A stretch of DNA of 64,000 nt. Source: Camelus ferus. Lineage: Eukaryota. Of the stretch, positions 52,129 to 64,000 are shown one piece after another; positions within the stretch are counted from its first letter, which is position 1; each line of letters starts with the position of its first letter. Below the pieces are notes generated by a model. It ran no database searches, was not told where the DNA came from, and worked only from the letters and a program-made list of their open reading frames with translations. Position numbers and translations under genes: made by a program. The stretch lies in the NCBI RefSeq assembly GCF_009834535.1, contig NC_045696.1:31126001-31190000 (forward strand), read 5' to 3'.

Positions 52129-52699
52129 ATGGGCACAGAGTTCCAACAATGAAAAGATAGAGAATGATCTATTTGATTTTAATAATTAGAAAGTGTAAGA
52201 GAATAATCAAAGATAAATTAAAAGATGCATGGATTGTGTGCTTGAGACCGGAACATATAAAACCATGCAATCTCATTCAGAAAAAATGCGATCTTCTGAA
52301 AGCATAGAGAGAGACAAAAAACAAAACAAAACAAAACAAAAACAAACCCAAAAATATGCTTGCTCATGTTGGTTGTTACACTTTTAAGGATCTTCTATTA
52401 TTATTAAACCTTCAAGATTCCCTTCAGACATCACTCAGAAAAGAAGTGGGCTTTTGGGTTTTTTTTTGTTTTTTGTTTTTTTTTAACTTTTCACTCCTTC
52501 CATGCAAACCTGCCTCCTCTAGCGGCATGACACTCAATGCATTATACTGCTGATATACTCTGAAAACTTCGCAATCGTGGAAACCATATTTTGCTTATGT
52601 TTTCCTTTTTAAGTATCCAGAAAAAGCCTGTCACATTTTTAACAACCAGTGAATGTATATTGGAGATATTTTAAAAAATATTCAATTAGCCAAAAGAGG

Positions 52700-52910
52700 G
52701 AGGGAAAGGACAAAAAAAGCAACTACAGACAGAAGAGGAAAAGAACACAATTGTAAATTAAAGCCAACCATCAATAATTACATAATAAATACTGCAATTA
52801 AAAGGGAGAGACATTTAGGCTGAATAAATAACCAAGACCCAAGCATATGGTGTATAAATAAAAGGATGTAAAAAGTAACATTATATAAATACTAACCATA
52901 GGAAAGTTGC
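52700..52910 (+). mobile_element. L1M fragment near the ORF2 start
   Basis: atcaataattaca..aaatactgcaattaaaag..caagacccaagcatatg..aaatactaaccataggaaagttg. Confidence 0.55.
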
Positions 52911-54129
52911 ACTTGTGCAAACATGAAAATGATTATCTTATTAAATTTTATACCTTAGGTGCTTCATTGCCCTACTCTAGCCTTCACCTTGTTCTGAAAT
53001 CTCGTTTAAGTGACCAGATAGGGAATTATTCTTAACACTGGAGAGCCCCTGGGTTTCAGCATAGTGTAGACTTTTCTCTTGGACAAATAAAAATTTTAAA
53101 ATGTTCTAGCTTGGAAAAAAATATATATAGTTGCTGTGTGTAGAGAGGGAAAATCAGTTTGGGACATGACTGATAAATTAAGACAAATTTTAATAATCCT
53201 ATTTTTTCTCATTCTCATGTGTTATTACTTATAGTTGGTATTTTAGCTCAGATCTATCAATCAGAATAACTTCGTATTTTACAGTATTTTTATCACCATA
53301 TATGCTGAGCTGTAGATTTCTCAGTCCTTTTTCAACTTTTACCTACCCCTCCGACATTCTAACTTACATCAGTTTGTTAACATTTGTTCTGTTTTCTTTT
53401 CCAGGCAGGTTTTACCATTTAATTCTATTATCTTAAAATTATATAAAAAAAGGGCGTGACTAAAAACCAATTTGTTCCACATATATCCTCCCAATATACC
53501 CTTCTAATCTTCAATAAGTTCTTCTATAAATCAAGAATGCTTTGATGATCCAATTTAGTGTGGGAAACTAGGGAATAGGATGAGTCTGGGATCAAGCGAC
53601 ATTAGAGAAAATAAAAATGGTGTATATGAATTCAAAAGTGGGCAACAGTCAATGACATCTCTAGTATGTGGATGTTGATCCCAGGTGCAAATTTGCACCA
53701 ACAGCCTGACTCTTCAGTGCATTTTCAGTCCCATGATAATGACCAATTTCTGCTGGAGCCTACCCATACCTTCAAAGCTGGAAATTTAGATGTGGTAAGA
53801 GACCATGGTGAGTTCCAGTTTTTCCCCAAAGGTTCCAGTTTGTCCCTATTCAATCCCAGTCCTGGTCCATCTTTCCTGTACATAATTTTTGAATATAAAC
53901 ATATGAATATATGCTATACTTGCTTTACTCTGTAAATATGGCAAATTAGATCTATTGATATTTTAAAATATTTTAATGATGGAATAAATCCAATCTGGTC
54001 ATAAGATATTACTTATAAAATATATTATTAAATATAATATTTTAAATATTATCTAATATTTTTATGAATAAAACTCATATATATAATTCTCCTTTCTCAA
54101 AATATTCTTCTAAAATTTTAGAATCCAGG

Positions 54130-55960
54130 TTGTTCTGGCATCATAAAAGAAACTGGGGAAAGTTCCATATTTTTACCTTTATTTAGATATATTGCATAGT
54201 ATTGACAATAATGAATTTTTATTGTTTATAGAATTTATCTGTGAAGCCATCTGGGTCTTATGTTTTCTTTGAGGTTGATTTTGGATTTAATATTTCATTT
54301 TGTCATACATAGGATTCTTTATATTTTTGTGTTGATGTTGGTATTTTTCCGGGAATACATTCATTTAATCTAAATTATCAATGATATTTGCACAACTTTC
54401 CTTTAATATTCTCTTGTGGTCTTTTTAATATCAGAAAAAAATGTGTAGTAATGTTTCCCTATTTGTTTTTGATATTTTTCTGTTATACTCGCTCTTGTTG
54501 GCAGTCTCACTATTTTATTAGTCTTTTGAAAGTACTAACTTCCAGTTTTTTGATTCTTTATTGCCATAATCTTTCATTAATTTTTTATCATTCTCTTTCT
54601 TCTATTATTCTGTTATTCTTTCTTTGAGTTAAATTTGCCTTTAATTACTAACTTCTGAGGAGAATAATTAACTTATTATTTTCATTCTTACAAATTTTTT
54701 AATGTGTACATTTTAGACTATCAATTTTCCTCTAAGATTGTTTTTAAAAGGTGCCATCAGCCTTTAAGAAAATATTTAATTATCATTAGGCCAAAATATT
54801 TTCTAATTCTCATTATTTCTTCACTGTCCATGAGTTTATGGCTTTATGTTCTTTATATTTTTAAAGAATTCTCAACTATTATCTCTGAAAAATTTTATTC
54901 TCTTCTTCCTTTTATTCTACACATTGTCTGAATCTATTATTCACCTATTTTCTATTTATTGTATTTCAATTTGTATTTTTCATTTATTTGTGTTTCTAGA
55001 TTTTATTATGAGTATTTCCTTCTGCTATTTTCAAGTTCACCAATACTCTCTTCAGCTAGCTGTACCTGGCTGCTGAACACATTCACTGAATTTTTATTTT
55101 GTCAGTTCTAGAATTTTGATTTACTGTTTCATAGCTTCTAGTCTCTACCAACTTTCTCAGTCTTTTATATCCTGGAACATATTAATGCTATTTATAAAAA
55201 ACTCTTTCTGAATCTCTTTTATCTGTGAATTATCTCTGTTTTTCATTCATATGGTCCTCTTCTTCTTGGACCAGGTTTGAGTCTTTCTCAAATATGGAGT
55301 TAAAATTATAGACAAAAACTGAGGTTTGTGTGATATTTTTCTTTTGAGACTTTACATTTTTTTAGTTGCAAGCTGCTTAAGCACTGGTATACAAGATCAC
55401 CTGAAAGCAGATTCAGGATTGAAATTAATTAAAACTAGGTATCAGTCTCTCCATGAACTCTACTACTTCCCACTGAATACTAAGTTTTGGATCCTTAAAT
55501 TCTCTACTAGACATAATGAATTTCATAATTTTCCCATATTTGAAGTTACTAGACTCCAATTATTTGTATTTCTTGTATTCCTACAAGATTCTCAAAAGTT
55601 TCAATTAGCTTCTTAGCATCTGATTCTTAGCATCTGATTTTGAAATTGTAAGACTCCCATAGAAGAAATATATATTCAATGCTATAGAGTCACCTTTGTG
55701 AATCTATATATATTCTTCCTGAATCCTGTCATCACATTCTTTATTGCCCTCTTAACTCTGATTCCTTTGGTTAGATATTTTTAAAATCTTGATCAAGATA
55801 TGAAAATGAATATATCTATATTCATGTGTGACTGAAGAATTGTGCTATACACCAGAAACTGACAAAACATTATAAACTGATTATGCCTCAATTTAAAAAA
55901 AAATCTTGATCAGCTTTTCCAGTTGTTGTCAGTGGGAGTTTTGAATCAAATTAACTATTA
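54130..55960 (-). mobile_element. Old L1M/HAL1-like fragments
   Basis: tagaatttatctgtgaagccatctggg, tttcaagttcaccaatactctcttcagct, cagttctagaatt; long T-rich strand bias. Confidence 0.65.
55796..55899 (+). mobile_element. Short, lineage-specific LINE-1 3' end with TSD
   Basis: tgtgctatacaccagaaactgacaaaacattataaactgattatgcctcaat plus poly(A); TSD aaaatcttgatca at 55783-55795 and 55900-55912 at a tt/aaaa endonuclease site. Confidence 0.9.
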
Positions 55961-56389
55961 GTAGGTATCATAATCCCTGAAACACCCATATTTCAGGTAA
56001 TTTGCCCATACTCTTTTCAGTATAGGTGATATCACATAACTAAGAGATGTATGAAGAAATGGAATATGTGACTACCAGCCTGTGTATTAAAATACAAATG
56101 TTCTCATTGTACTCCTCTTTTTTATATCTTACATACTGGCAATTATACAGGACAGAGACACAGATTTGACTATGCACATGGGGATGACACTGAAGAAAAA
56201 AAGATGATTCTGAAGAAAAAAATTAGAAGCAGTGTCCTTATTTGACCTCGTGGAGCACAGTCTGATTGTTCAGCTTTAGACTGCAATGTGAGCAAACAAT
56301 AAAGTTGTATATACTTACACAACTGCATTTTGAGGTATCCCTATTATAACAGTTTGGTCTTTACTCAAACTAAAACAACATCTAGATTA

Positions 56390-57350
56390 AGTGTTGAGTA
56401 GGAGTTTGAATATATGAGACAGGAGTTCAGAGAAGTCTGAGCTGGAGATAAAAATTCAAGAGTCATCCATAGACAGAGTGCGTTTCATGCCAAAAGGCTA
56501 AGTCACATAATTAAGAGTGTATCTAGACACAGTAGAGAACCAAGTATTGATCCATGGAACATATAACAGTTTAGAAAAATCTGACTATGAATAAGCACAT
56601 ATATTTGAGAAGAGGAGGCAAGTATAGTTTGAAGGAGATAAAAGATTGAGTGACATCTCAGCATTCAAAGAAGACTTTTTTTTTTAAAGGTATGTTAGCA
56701 GTATCAAATGCTGCAGACAAATTGAGTAAGAATTTATCATAAATTTAGCTTGTGAAGGTAATTTGTGATATTGGCAAGAACTGTTTTGATAGAATGGTGA
56801 GATGAAAGCCTGATGGGCATAGATGTATAAAAGTGAGATTAAAGAAAATGGAGAGAACAATCACCTGTTAATACCATCCTTTCGCAGAATTTTAGTGCTA
56901 TGGTGAATAAAGGAATAGGACAGATTTTAGGGGAGGAAGTAGTTTCAAGAAATGTTTTGGTTTAAACATGACTGATATTATGTTGTATAAGCTCATGGAA
57001 ATAATACAGAAAAGAGGGAAATGTTAAGGAGTAGGCTTTGGTTAAAAATAGGGAAGGTTCATTACTTTAACAGAAGACAAAGTAAATGGATGGCAGGCAC
57101 AGTTCTGTTGGTAGACTTAATGATGAGAATATGGGAAAAAAGATTGTTTCTACAGTTTTCAGGTTTATTGTCTTTAGTCTTTTAGTGAATCAAGAATAAA
57201 GGTGAATACTTAAGAGTAATTAGGGAGGATATATATATGTAGGAGGCTGGAGAATGAGAAAGGTTTTCAAGAGTCAGATAAAAGAGTAAAACTACCCAAG
57301 AACTAAGAAATATGTATAAGCTTCTGATCTCTTAGCCCACTTGAATGTGT
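56390..57350 (-). mobile_element. L2 LINE fragment
   Basis: ggagttcagagaagtctgagctggagataaaa, cagtatcaaatgctgcaga, ttggcaagaactgtttt. Confidence 0.75.
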
Positions 57351-59019
57351 ACGGACATAAATTTTTAGTAGACAGTCAGTATAGATTTATATTTTTTCTC
57401 TTGATCTGGGTGAAGAGGAGTAATCTATTAAATTCGGCTGCATTTTTGCCAAAGTAAAATGGTTGGGGTAAGAGACAAAGAAGCTGTTGATTGGGTGGAC
57501 AGTGGAATCTAAGCCAGCTAAGAAAAAAACTGGGATTTGACAAGACGAGGAAGAGTACAAAGTGGTATATCCAAAAGGCTGAATAGCCTGACCAGGTCAA
57601 TAAATGATTAGATTCAGGGTCATAGAACTACATAAGGTAAACAACAAAAACAGGAGTCAGTTGTTAGAAAGGATCATCATCCTTTGATGTCGGATGCCAC
57701 AGGAGATTCACATTTCAATTTACTTTTATTGATAAAAATTCATCATCAATATTTCAAATAGATTGATTAATGGGCTATATTTTGGATGTTTTGATGAAGT
57801 TTTTATCCTCTGTTTCATTCCTTAAAGTACTTTAATTAATACTTGAATACGGTAAAACAAATATGACTTCTAAAGAGGTAACATCTTCACAGAGTGTCCT
57901 TGTTCAATATTCTTTTTTTTATAAAGCATCACTGGTTCAATTTTAGAGCACTGTTTCTGATTTTTTAACTCTGTAATTTTCATTCAGACTTTTATTCTTT
58001 TTCTCTATAGAAACTTTATAATTTATACACTAAAGGCTAAGTTCTTTATTTACTCACTATGATCTTTCAGGTAAATTAATTTGTATCATTCCTTTGAGGA
58101 TAACTTTTTGTTCAAGCTGGATTTTTTTTATTACCTGAATTTGCAATGTTTCCATTCTTTGAGTTTGTATTTATATTAAACTGAATACAAATAATATACC
58201 TTATGGTAATATATAAGTAAGAGAGTATACTAATCAGAAGTCCTATACATTTTTTAATACTTGATTTTAAGAGATCATAATGTGGAATTCTTTTCTCACA
58301 AAATATTCAGCCTACCTTCTGACGTATTCAGATACTTAAGACACTTTGTCACAGCATGCCTGCATTCATATATCACATTACATTTTATATGAAAATTGTA
58401 ATCAAGTCATTGATATCAAATGATTGCCCAAGTTAGAAATGCATAATATGTTTCAGATTATAAAGCTCCCTTTTTATTGCAAATGATTGGACCAAAGACA
58501 AGCTATTCCCTTCAGCACAATTCTTAATACCTGTCAAACTTTAGCTATCTAGCCAGTAATAAAAGTTCTATTTCTTCTCAAAGGAGAAGCTTCAGTAACA
58601 ATAGTTTAGTGATAAGTTTTAATGCTCTTTGATACTTTGCTTTTAATTTTATTCTTTCCATTTCATTTCATATCTCTTAGATTTCTTCCTACACCCATCA
58701 TCATGTCAGTTATCTTTTCTATTTCTACACTATTTAGGTGTATTACTGAGTTTTTATGTTTCCTTCTAATCATAGATGGCATAATTAGTATGCATTTCAC
58801 ATTTTACATAATCTCTTAATTGCTGTAATTAAAATAAAAATACTCTCTTCAAGGATTTTGGGGTAATATATTTAAGGGTGCAAGATAACAAAAAATTTGA
58901 AAAAGAAAAAGTAGAATATAAGTGTTCCTAAGTTTAGGAAACTGTAGTAATGCAGCTAATTGGGATTATCTTTAAATGTCCTAATGCCAGTATGTTAAAT
59001 GGAAATCTGTTGCAACAAA

Positions 59020-59042
59020 TACTTTGATGTGTGTGTGTGTGT
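59020..59042. repeat. Short (TG)n
   Basis: About 7 TG units. Confidence 0.6.
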
Positions 59043-59929
59043 AGAATTGTGGTGGTGGGTCTCATCAAAGAAAAGAATTGTAAATACTGCCTTGATTTGT
59101 GCTTTACTCTCAATCTAAACTCCCCACATGATTAAACACATCTACTTTGATTATATTTTTTAATGGTTTTCATTTTTTTCTTCCAAGAAAGTAATTTTGC
59201 TTTTTTCAATTATATTGGAATTAATTCCTCTTTTTAAAGTAAAACATATTTTCTAGGCTTTGTTACAACTATACATTTCAGTAACATCTATTTAGCTTTT
59301 AAACCATATCATTAGTAAAGTGTTAATACAATATCACCCATAAATGATCTGACCCTATTGTTTAGACATATATCTATCGTTAGTTCACATGCATATGCCA
59401 AGGCAATTTTTAGAATAATGCAAATTAATTTTCAAATAATTTTCCTAAATTAATATTAAGAAGTTACTGAATTAATAACTTAATCTGTGTCTATGACTAA
59501 CTCCCTTTGATCAATCTGTCAAATATTTTACATACTGTTTTTTCAATGACTATTTAACTACATATATAATAGCTTCCTTTATTAAAATAAAGTGTTCTGT
59601 TGATTTGGAGTCAGTTTTTAAATTTTCTTATAGTTTAAGTCAATATAAGTATCTTGTTACTAAGTAATTACTATTTACACTAAGTAAATTCCTCTCCCAG
59701 TTTTTTTGGTTCTTAGCATTATACTTTTGTATGTAGTAACATTGTATTTTAAAAATTATATTACTATATTTCACAAAAATGCAAAAGGAGATTTCTTACA
59801 TGGCTTCCACTTAAGTGTCTTGCCCTATTAACTGATGATTAAATTCCCTCTTTAAAATACTAACTGAAATGTAAGCTAAACACACTAATGGATATTTGAC
59901 TCCTCTCTATTATAATCCACATTCTATTT

Positions 59930-60360
59930 ACACCTATTAGTTGTTACATATCATAGTTGTGTCTATTCCACAAAAATTATTTTATCAGGCATATTTTTAT
60001 AGCAATTATTTAGTTCAAATAAATATTATGTAAATCCATTAAATATGAATGTGAAAAGGAAGAGAACACTGATATTATGCAAACAGTTGAGTTTTTAGAA
60101 ATGATCTACAAAATTGAGAAGCTGGATAATTTCCTGACATAGTGTGGGTGAAAATACTGAGTCTGGGAAGGTAAGTATTATAATTCAGATTTATTTTCCA
60201 CTAAATTTGCTTTGAAAGTGTCAAGAATCATGAAGACCCACCTCCACTTAAAAGAAACCTAAACTGGAAATCAAGAGATAGAGCATTTTAGTCTGTAGTT
60301 TATGCACGAGAGACAAATCCTCTCAAAGAAACAGTATTTACAGAAAAGGTCTGGTCTGAG
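59930..60360 (+). mobile_element. Tigger13-like TcMar transposon fossil
   Basis: atgaatgtgaaaaggaagaga, gtgtgggtgaaaatactg, ctccacttaaaagaaacctaaactggaaatc, gtttatgcacgagagac resemble a CENP-B-like N-terminal region. Confidence 0.6.
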
Positions 60361-60711
60361 TAACACAGGGTTTTGATTACTTCACAGGTTGCCACTCTCC
60401 ATACTGGCCACTACTCAGATGACTAAGGTAGATGTTCCTTTGGCAAGTGAGGTGTTTGGGAGCAAAGAAAGATACTATTTGGGGTAAAATCTTAATGTTT
60501 TCAGTTTCAGCTGATGCTTATACTCAGAAAAAGAAATCCTTATGATTTGAAGTTATTGTTCACAACATGACAGGATTACAGATGTGGAAGTGATCTTAAA
60601 GTAATTTAATCCAACCATTTTCTCTATGCATGCATCTAATTTAAGAATATCTTGAGAGGATTATTTCAATGTTTAATGATTCATTTTTGTCTGTGAATAT
60701 CGTAGATTTTG

Positions 60712-61212
60712 TGCATGAATTAACTATTGCAGACATACAGATTACCCCCAAACTGGTATCTTAAAACAACAACAGTGTAATATTTATCAAAATTCTGTGT
60801 GTTGGCTGGCTGGATCTGCTACTGAGTGTGCTAAGACTCACTCATGTGGCTGCAGTTAGTGAGAGGAACAGCTGGCCTAGAATATCCAAGATGGCCCTAC
60901 TCATGAGTGTGCAGGGAAGGTGGCGGTCAGCTGTGCCATGTTGTTTCTAATCCACACTAGTGACCTCTTAATCTGCAGTAACAAGACTAACTCTTGACAT
61001 GTCAGTCTAAGGACAATTGCCCATGAAAGTCAGGTGTGGAAGTTCTAAGGCCTCTTTAGACCCAAGATCTGGAACTTACACAGCATAAATTCTACCATAT
61101 GTTATGGTCACTGCAAATCACAAGGCCAACGTAGTTTCAAAGCATGGGGAATAGATGCCAACACTTCACAAGGAGCTACAGGATACTGTAGCTTTGTTTT
61201 TAATCTATTACA
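60712..61212 (-). mobile_element. MLT1H-like MaLR solo LTR
   Basis: attacccccaaact..cttaaaacaacaa, ctcactcatgtggctgcagt, tccaagatggcc, caaatcacaaggcc, aatctattaca. Confidence 0.75.
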
Positions 61213-62329
61213 TTTTGAAAAAAAATTTTTATTAGACAAATGATGTTCTTATAAGTCTTCATCAATTAACTTTGCTTTAACCTTTAGTCCCATACAGACC
61301 TAATCTAACGTTCAACATGACAATCTTATGGGTATATAGACATAGCTGTGTAGTTATCAGCTGTGATCTCCCCTTAGATCCTTTACTTCCAATCACAGGG
61401 CTGTAATTCCCTTCAACATTTTATCTGTTGTCTTCTGTGTGTATCTATCCATTCTCTTTTTATTTATTCTAAATAGTTGGCATAAAACTATTAAGCAACT
61501 CTCCCATTTCACTCAAGAATTATTCACTCCAGTGTCATATTTCTGAAATTCTCAACTACTGGAATGGATTGCCTTTTTCTTACATAAATTCTCACTTACT
61601 AAAAAACATCATGCATTCAAATACAGACATTGATAATAAAGCAAAAATATATTAGAAAGAATGTAATAATCTTTTCATCTTTTTCTACTTTTTTTACAAG
61701 TCCTTTATAAAGCAAGAATTGTTATAGTAGGATTGCAACTTATGTACCATGTCAGTTTTTTTAGCAATATGTGAAAATCCTATGTATCATACATAGTAAA
61801 AATACTATAAAAGACTGAATAGAAGATAATATTCTATTTTACTAAGGTGAATATCCACTGAAAGACATCTTTAGCTAACAATTATTTAAACATTCAGAGA
61901 TAAAATAGTCAAATATGTACTCATAATATTTTATTACTTTAGTAGAAAATACATATTAAATGACTTGAAAAAACATGTTCATTCAGATGTAATATTTTAC
62001 TTCTTCAAATGCTTATTTGTATATTTGAATCACTGTCTCTCATGAAAATGTCTCATAAGCCACTATAAAACATCATTCTATAAAATATTTTAAAATGAAA
62101 CAAAGTGATTAAAATAATAAAACTATATAAAATCGGGCCATGGATGATTGCTCAGGCTAAAAGAGGAGTTGTGGATCATTTCAAGCACCATGACCAAGAT
62201 AAAGATTAGGGAGTAAAAATGCAGCACCAAGATCTTCCACATAGCTGAGAAAATGATGACTACCTAAAGCGATCTGTACCCATATAAACTCTAAAAACAA
62301 TAGAGAAAAATAAGAAAAAAACCCAATAA

Positions 62330-62960
62330 AATCATATAAAATATATGTCAACTATCTGCTTTATACAAGATATACACTTAAAGTGATTAAGAGAAGGCTA
62401 AGAATAAAGAGACTGCCAAAGATACAATAGGAGGATTGAAACAATAAAGATGCAGGGTTAGTTATCTTGTACCAGACAAAGTGTAATTCAAATGGAAATA
62501 GCTTTACTCATGCAAAGGACACTTCTTTTAAGGCTAAAAGTGACAATTCACAATTTAGATAAATATCCTTTCACCAAGTGACAAAGTATCCACCTCTGCT
62601 AGGCAAAAGGAAATTCAAGGACTTGCACTACAAGACTGCTTAAGTAGACAAAATATAAACAAAATATAGAAGATATACACAACATAAATAATGTAAAGTC
62701 TTATGAATATATATACAATATTTAAGTTTTATAACAGAGAATTCATCTTAAAAATGGAAATCTAATCACCATGGGAAAGATAAACTTTTAAATATCAGTG
62801 CTGGGACAACCAGACAATGTTTGGACAAATAAAAAATAATTATCAGAACCATGTATCTCACCATAGGTAAGAATACATTCCAATGCATCAGGTGTCTAAT
62901 GTAGAAAATGAAATACTAAATGTAATAAATAAAGAAAAAATCCAATGAGTTCTTATATAG
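62330..62960 (+). mobile_element. L1M ORF2 fragments
   Basis: caactatctgctttatacaaga, cagacaaagtgtaattcaa, cagtgctgggacaacc. Confidence 0.65.
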
Positions 62961-63059
62961 TCTTAGTCTAATACTCAAAACATATTATAACTCACTGAAT
63001 AAAATAAGAATAAATTCAATCATATCACTATGAATAAAAATAGCTGATAAATAGATGAA

Positions 63060-63950
63060 TAGGTAGAAGACAAGAAAAGACTTTGACTCATGACTAATTT
63101 CCAAGTAACAATAGTAAAAGAAAGATGGAATTACTAAATCACCATTTGACAACTATCACAATAATTTTTCAGACAATATCATTAATGAATAGTCATAAAT
63201 ATTTCAGGCATTAATCATTCACATTGTTGGCAAAAGAATGATAAACATGAGAATATACTGTCACAAATTATCTCCCAAGAACATACTTAGAAAAATACGA
63301 TGGAGAAATCTAGCAGAAATCTACCTAACCCAAGTCATAAAGGTTAACATCATCAGTAATGGGGCACATCTTCATCACATTTTTTTTTAATCAATCATTG
63401 GAAGCTAAACAGCTAGTTTATGGAATTCCTGCCAGAAAAGCATAAGCTGAAATACAAAATCATGATGAATTACAAGACAAATACACATTATGGCACATTC
63501 TATACAATAATTATCTTTTCCTTTTTGAAATACCAAGGTCCTAAAAGACAAAGAAAAAACAAGAAATATTTCCAAATTAGGTAGCTTAAAAATACACAAT
63601 AACTAATACAGTCATGAAATCCATGACTGAGTTCTAGTAAATTAGTTACATTGGGACAATTGATGAAATTATCAATAGATTACATAATTATATTGTACTA
63701 ATATAAATTTTCTGATTTGATAATTACATTGTGACTGTATAAGGCATGCATAACTTACTCATATCTGGAGAGATGGAGAAAGAGAGACAAAGAGAGAAAC
63801 AGAAGATTACAGGAAATGTTATAAAAATGCTAACATGTGAAATGTAGGTAAAGGTCATTTTTTTGGTAACTTTTTTTATAACCCATTTTCATATCCTTTT
63901 TTTAACTGTTCTGTAAATAATGTACTTCAAAATAAAAATTTTAAAAGCTC
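63060..63950 (+). mobile_element. L1MC/L1ME-type 3' region
   Basis: aaggttaacatcatcagtaatgggg, ttcctgccagaaaagcataa, taaattttctgatttgataattacattgtgactgtataag. Confidence 0.75.
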
Positions 63951-64000
63951 ATTGCAATATTTTTTCACTCATCTGTTTCTATTCATTTTTTTGAAGCAGA

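Overview
AT-rich, CpG-depleted mammalian genomic DNA, intronic or intergenic. It is most likely camelid, because three tRNA-derived SINEs have the layout I recall for the camelid Vic-1 family. No protein-coding gene, tRNA, rRNA or CRISPR array can be supported. The ORF track is chance ORFs plus transposon remnants; only the L1 ORF2 N-terminus at 4227 is recognisable. Identifiable content is mostly interspersed repeats: L1 of several ages, L2, MIR, MaLR/ERVL and ERV1 solo LTRs, and hAT and Tigger fossils. The most structured region is 26.9-33.4 kb. There, four ERV1-type solo LTRs surround a candidate minus-strand exon with strong splice signals. Two of these LTRs are near-identical direct repeats with separate TSDs and a gene-conversion-like mismatch pattern. 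Another is MER41-like and carries a GAS motif. A tail-less internal L1 fragment with a perfect 13-bp TSD lies at 3764-4285. Two non-repeat segments (about 15.0-15.6 kb and 19.1-19.6 kb) look like regulatory elements or first exons. Family names come from memory of consensus sequences, not from a database search. I found no convincing new biological system.
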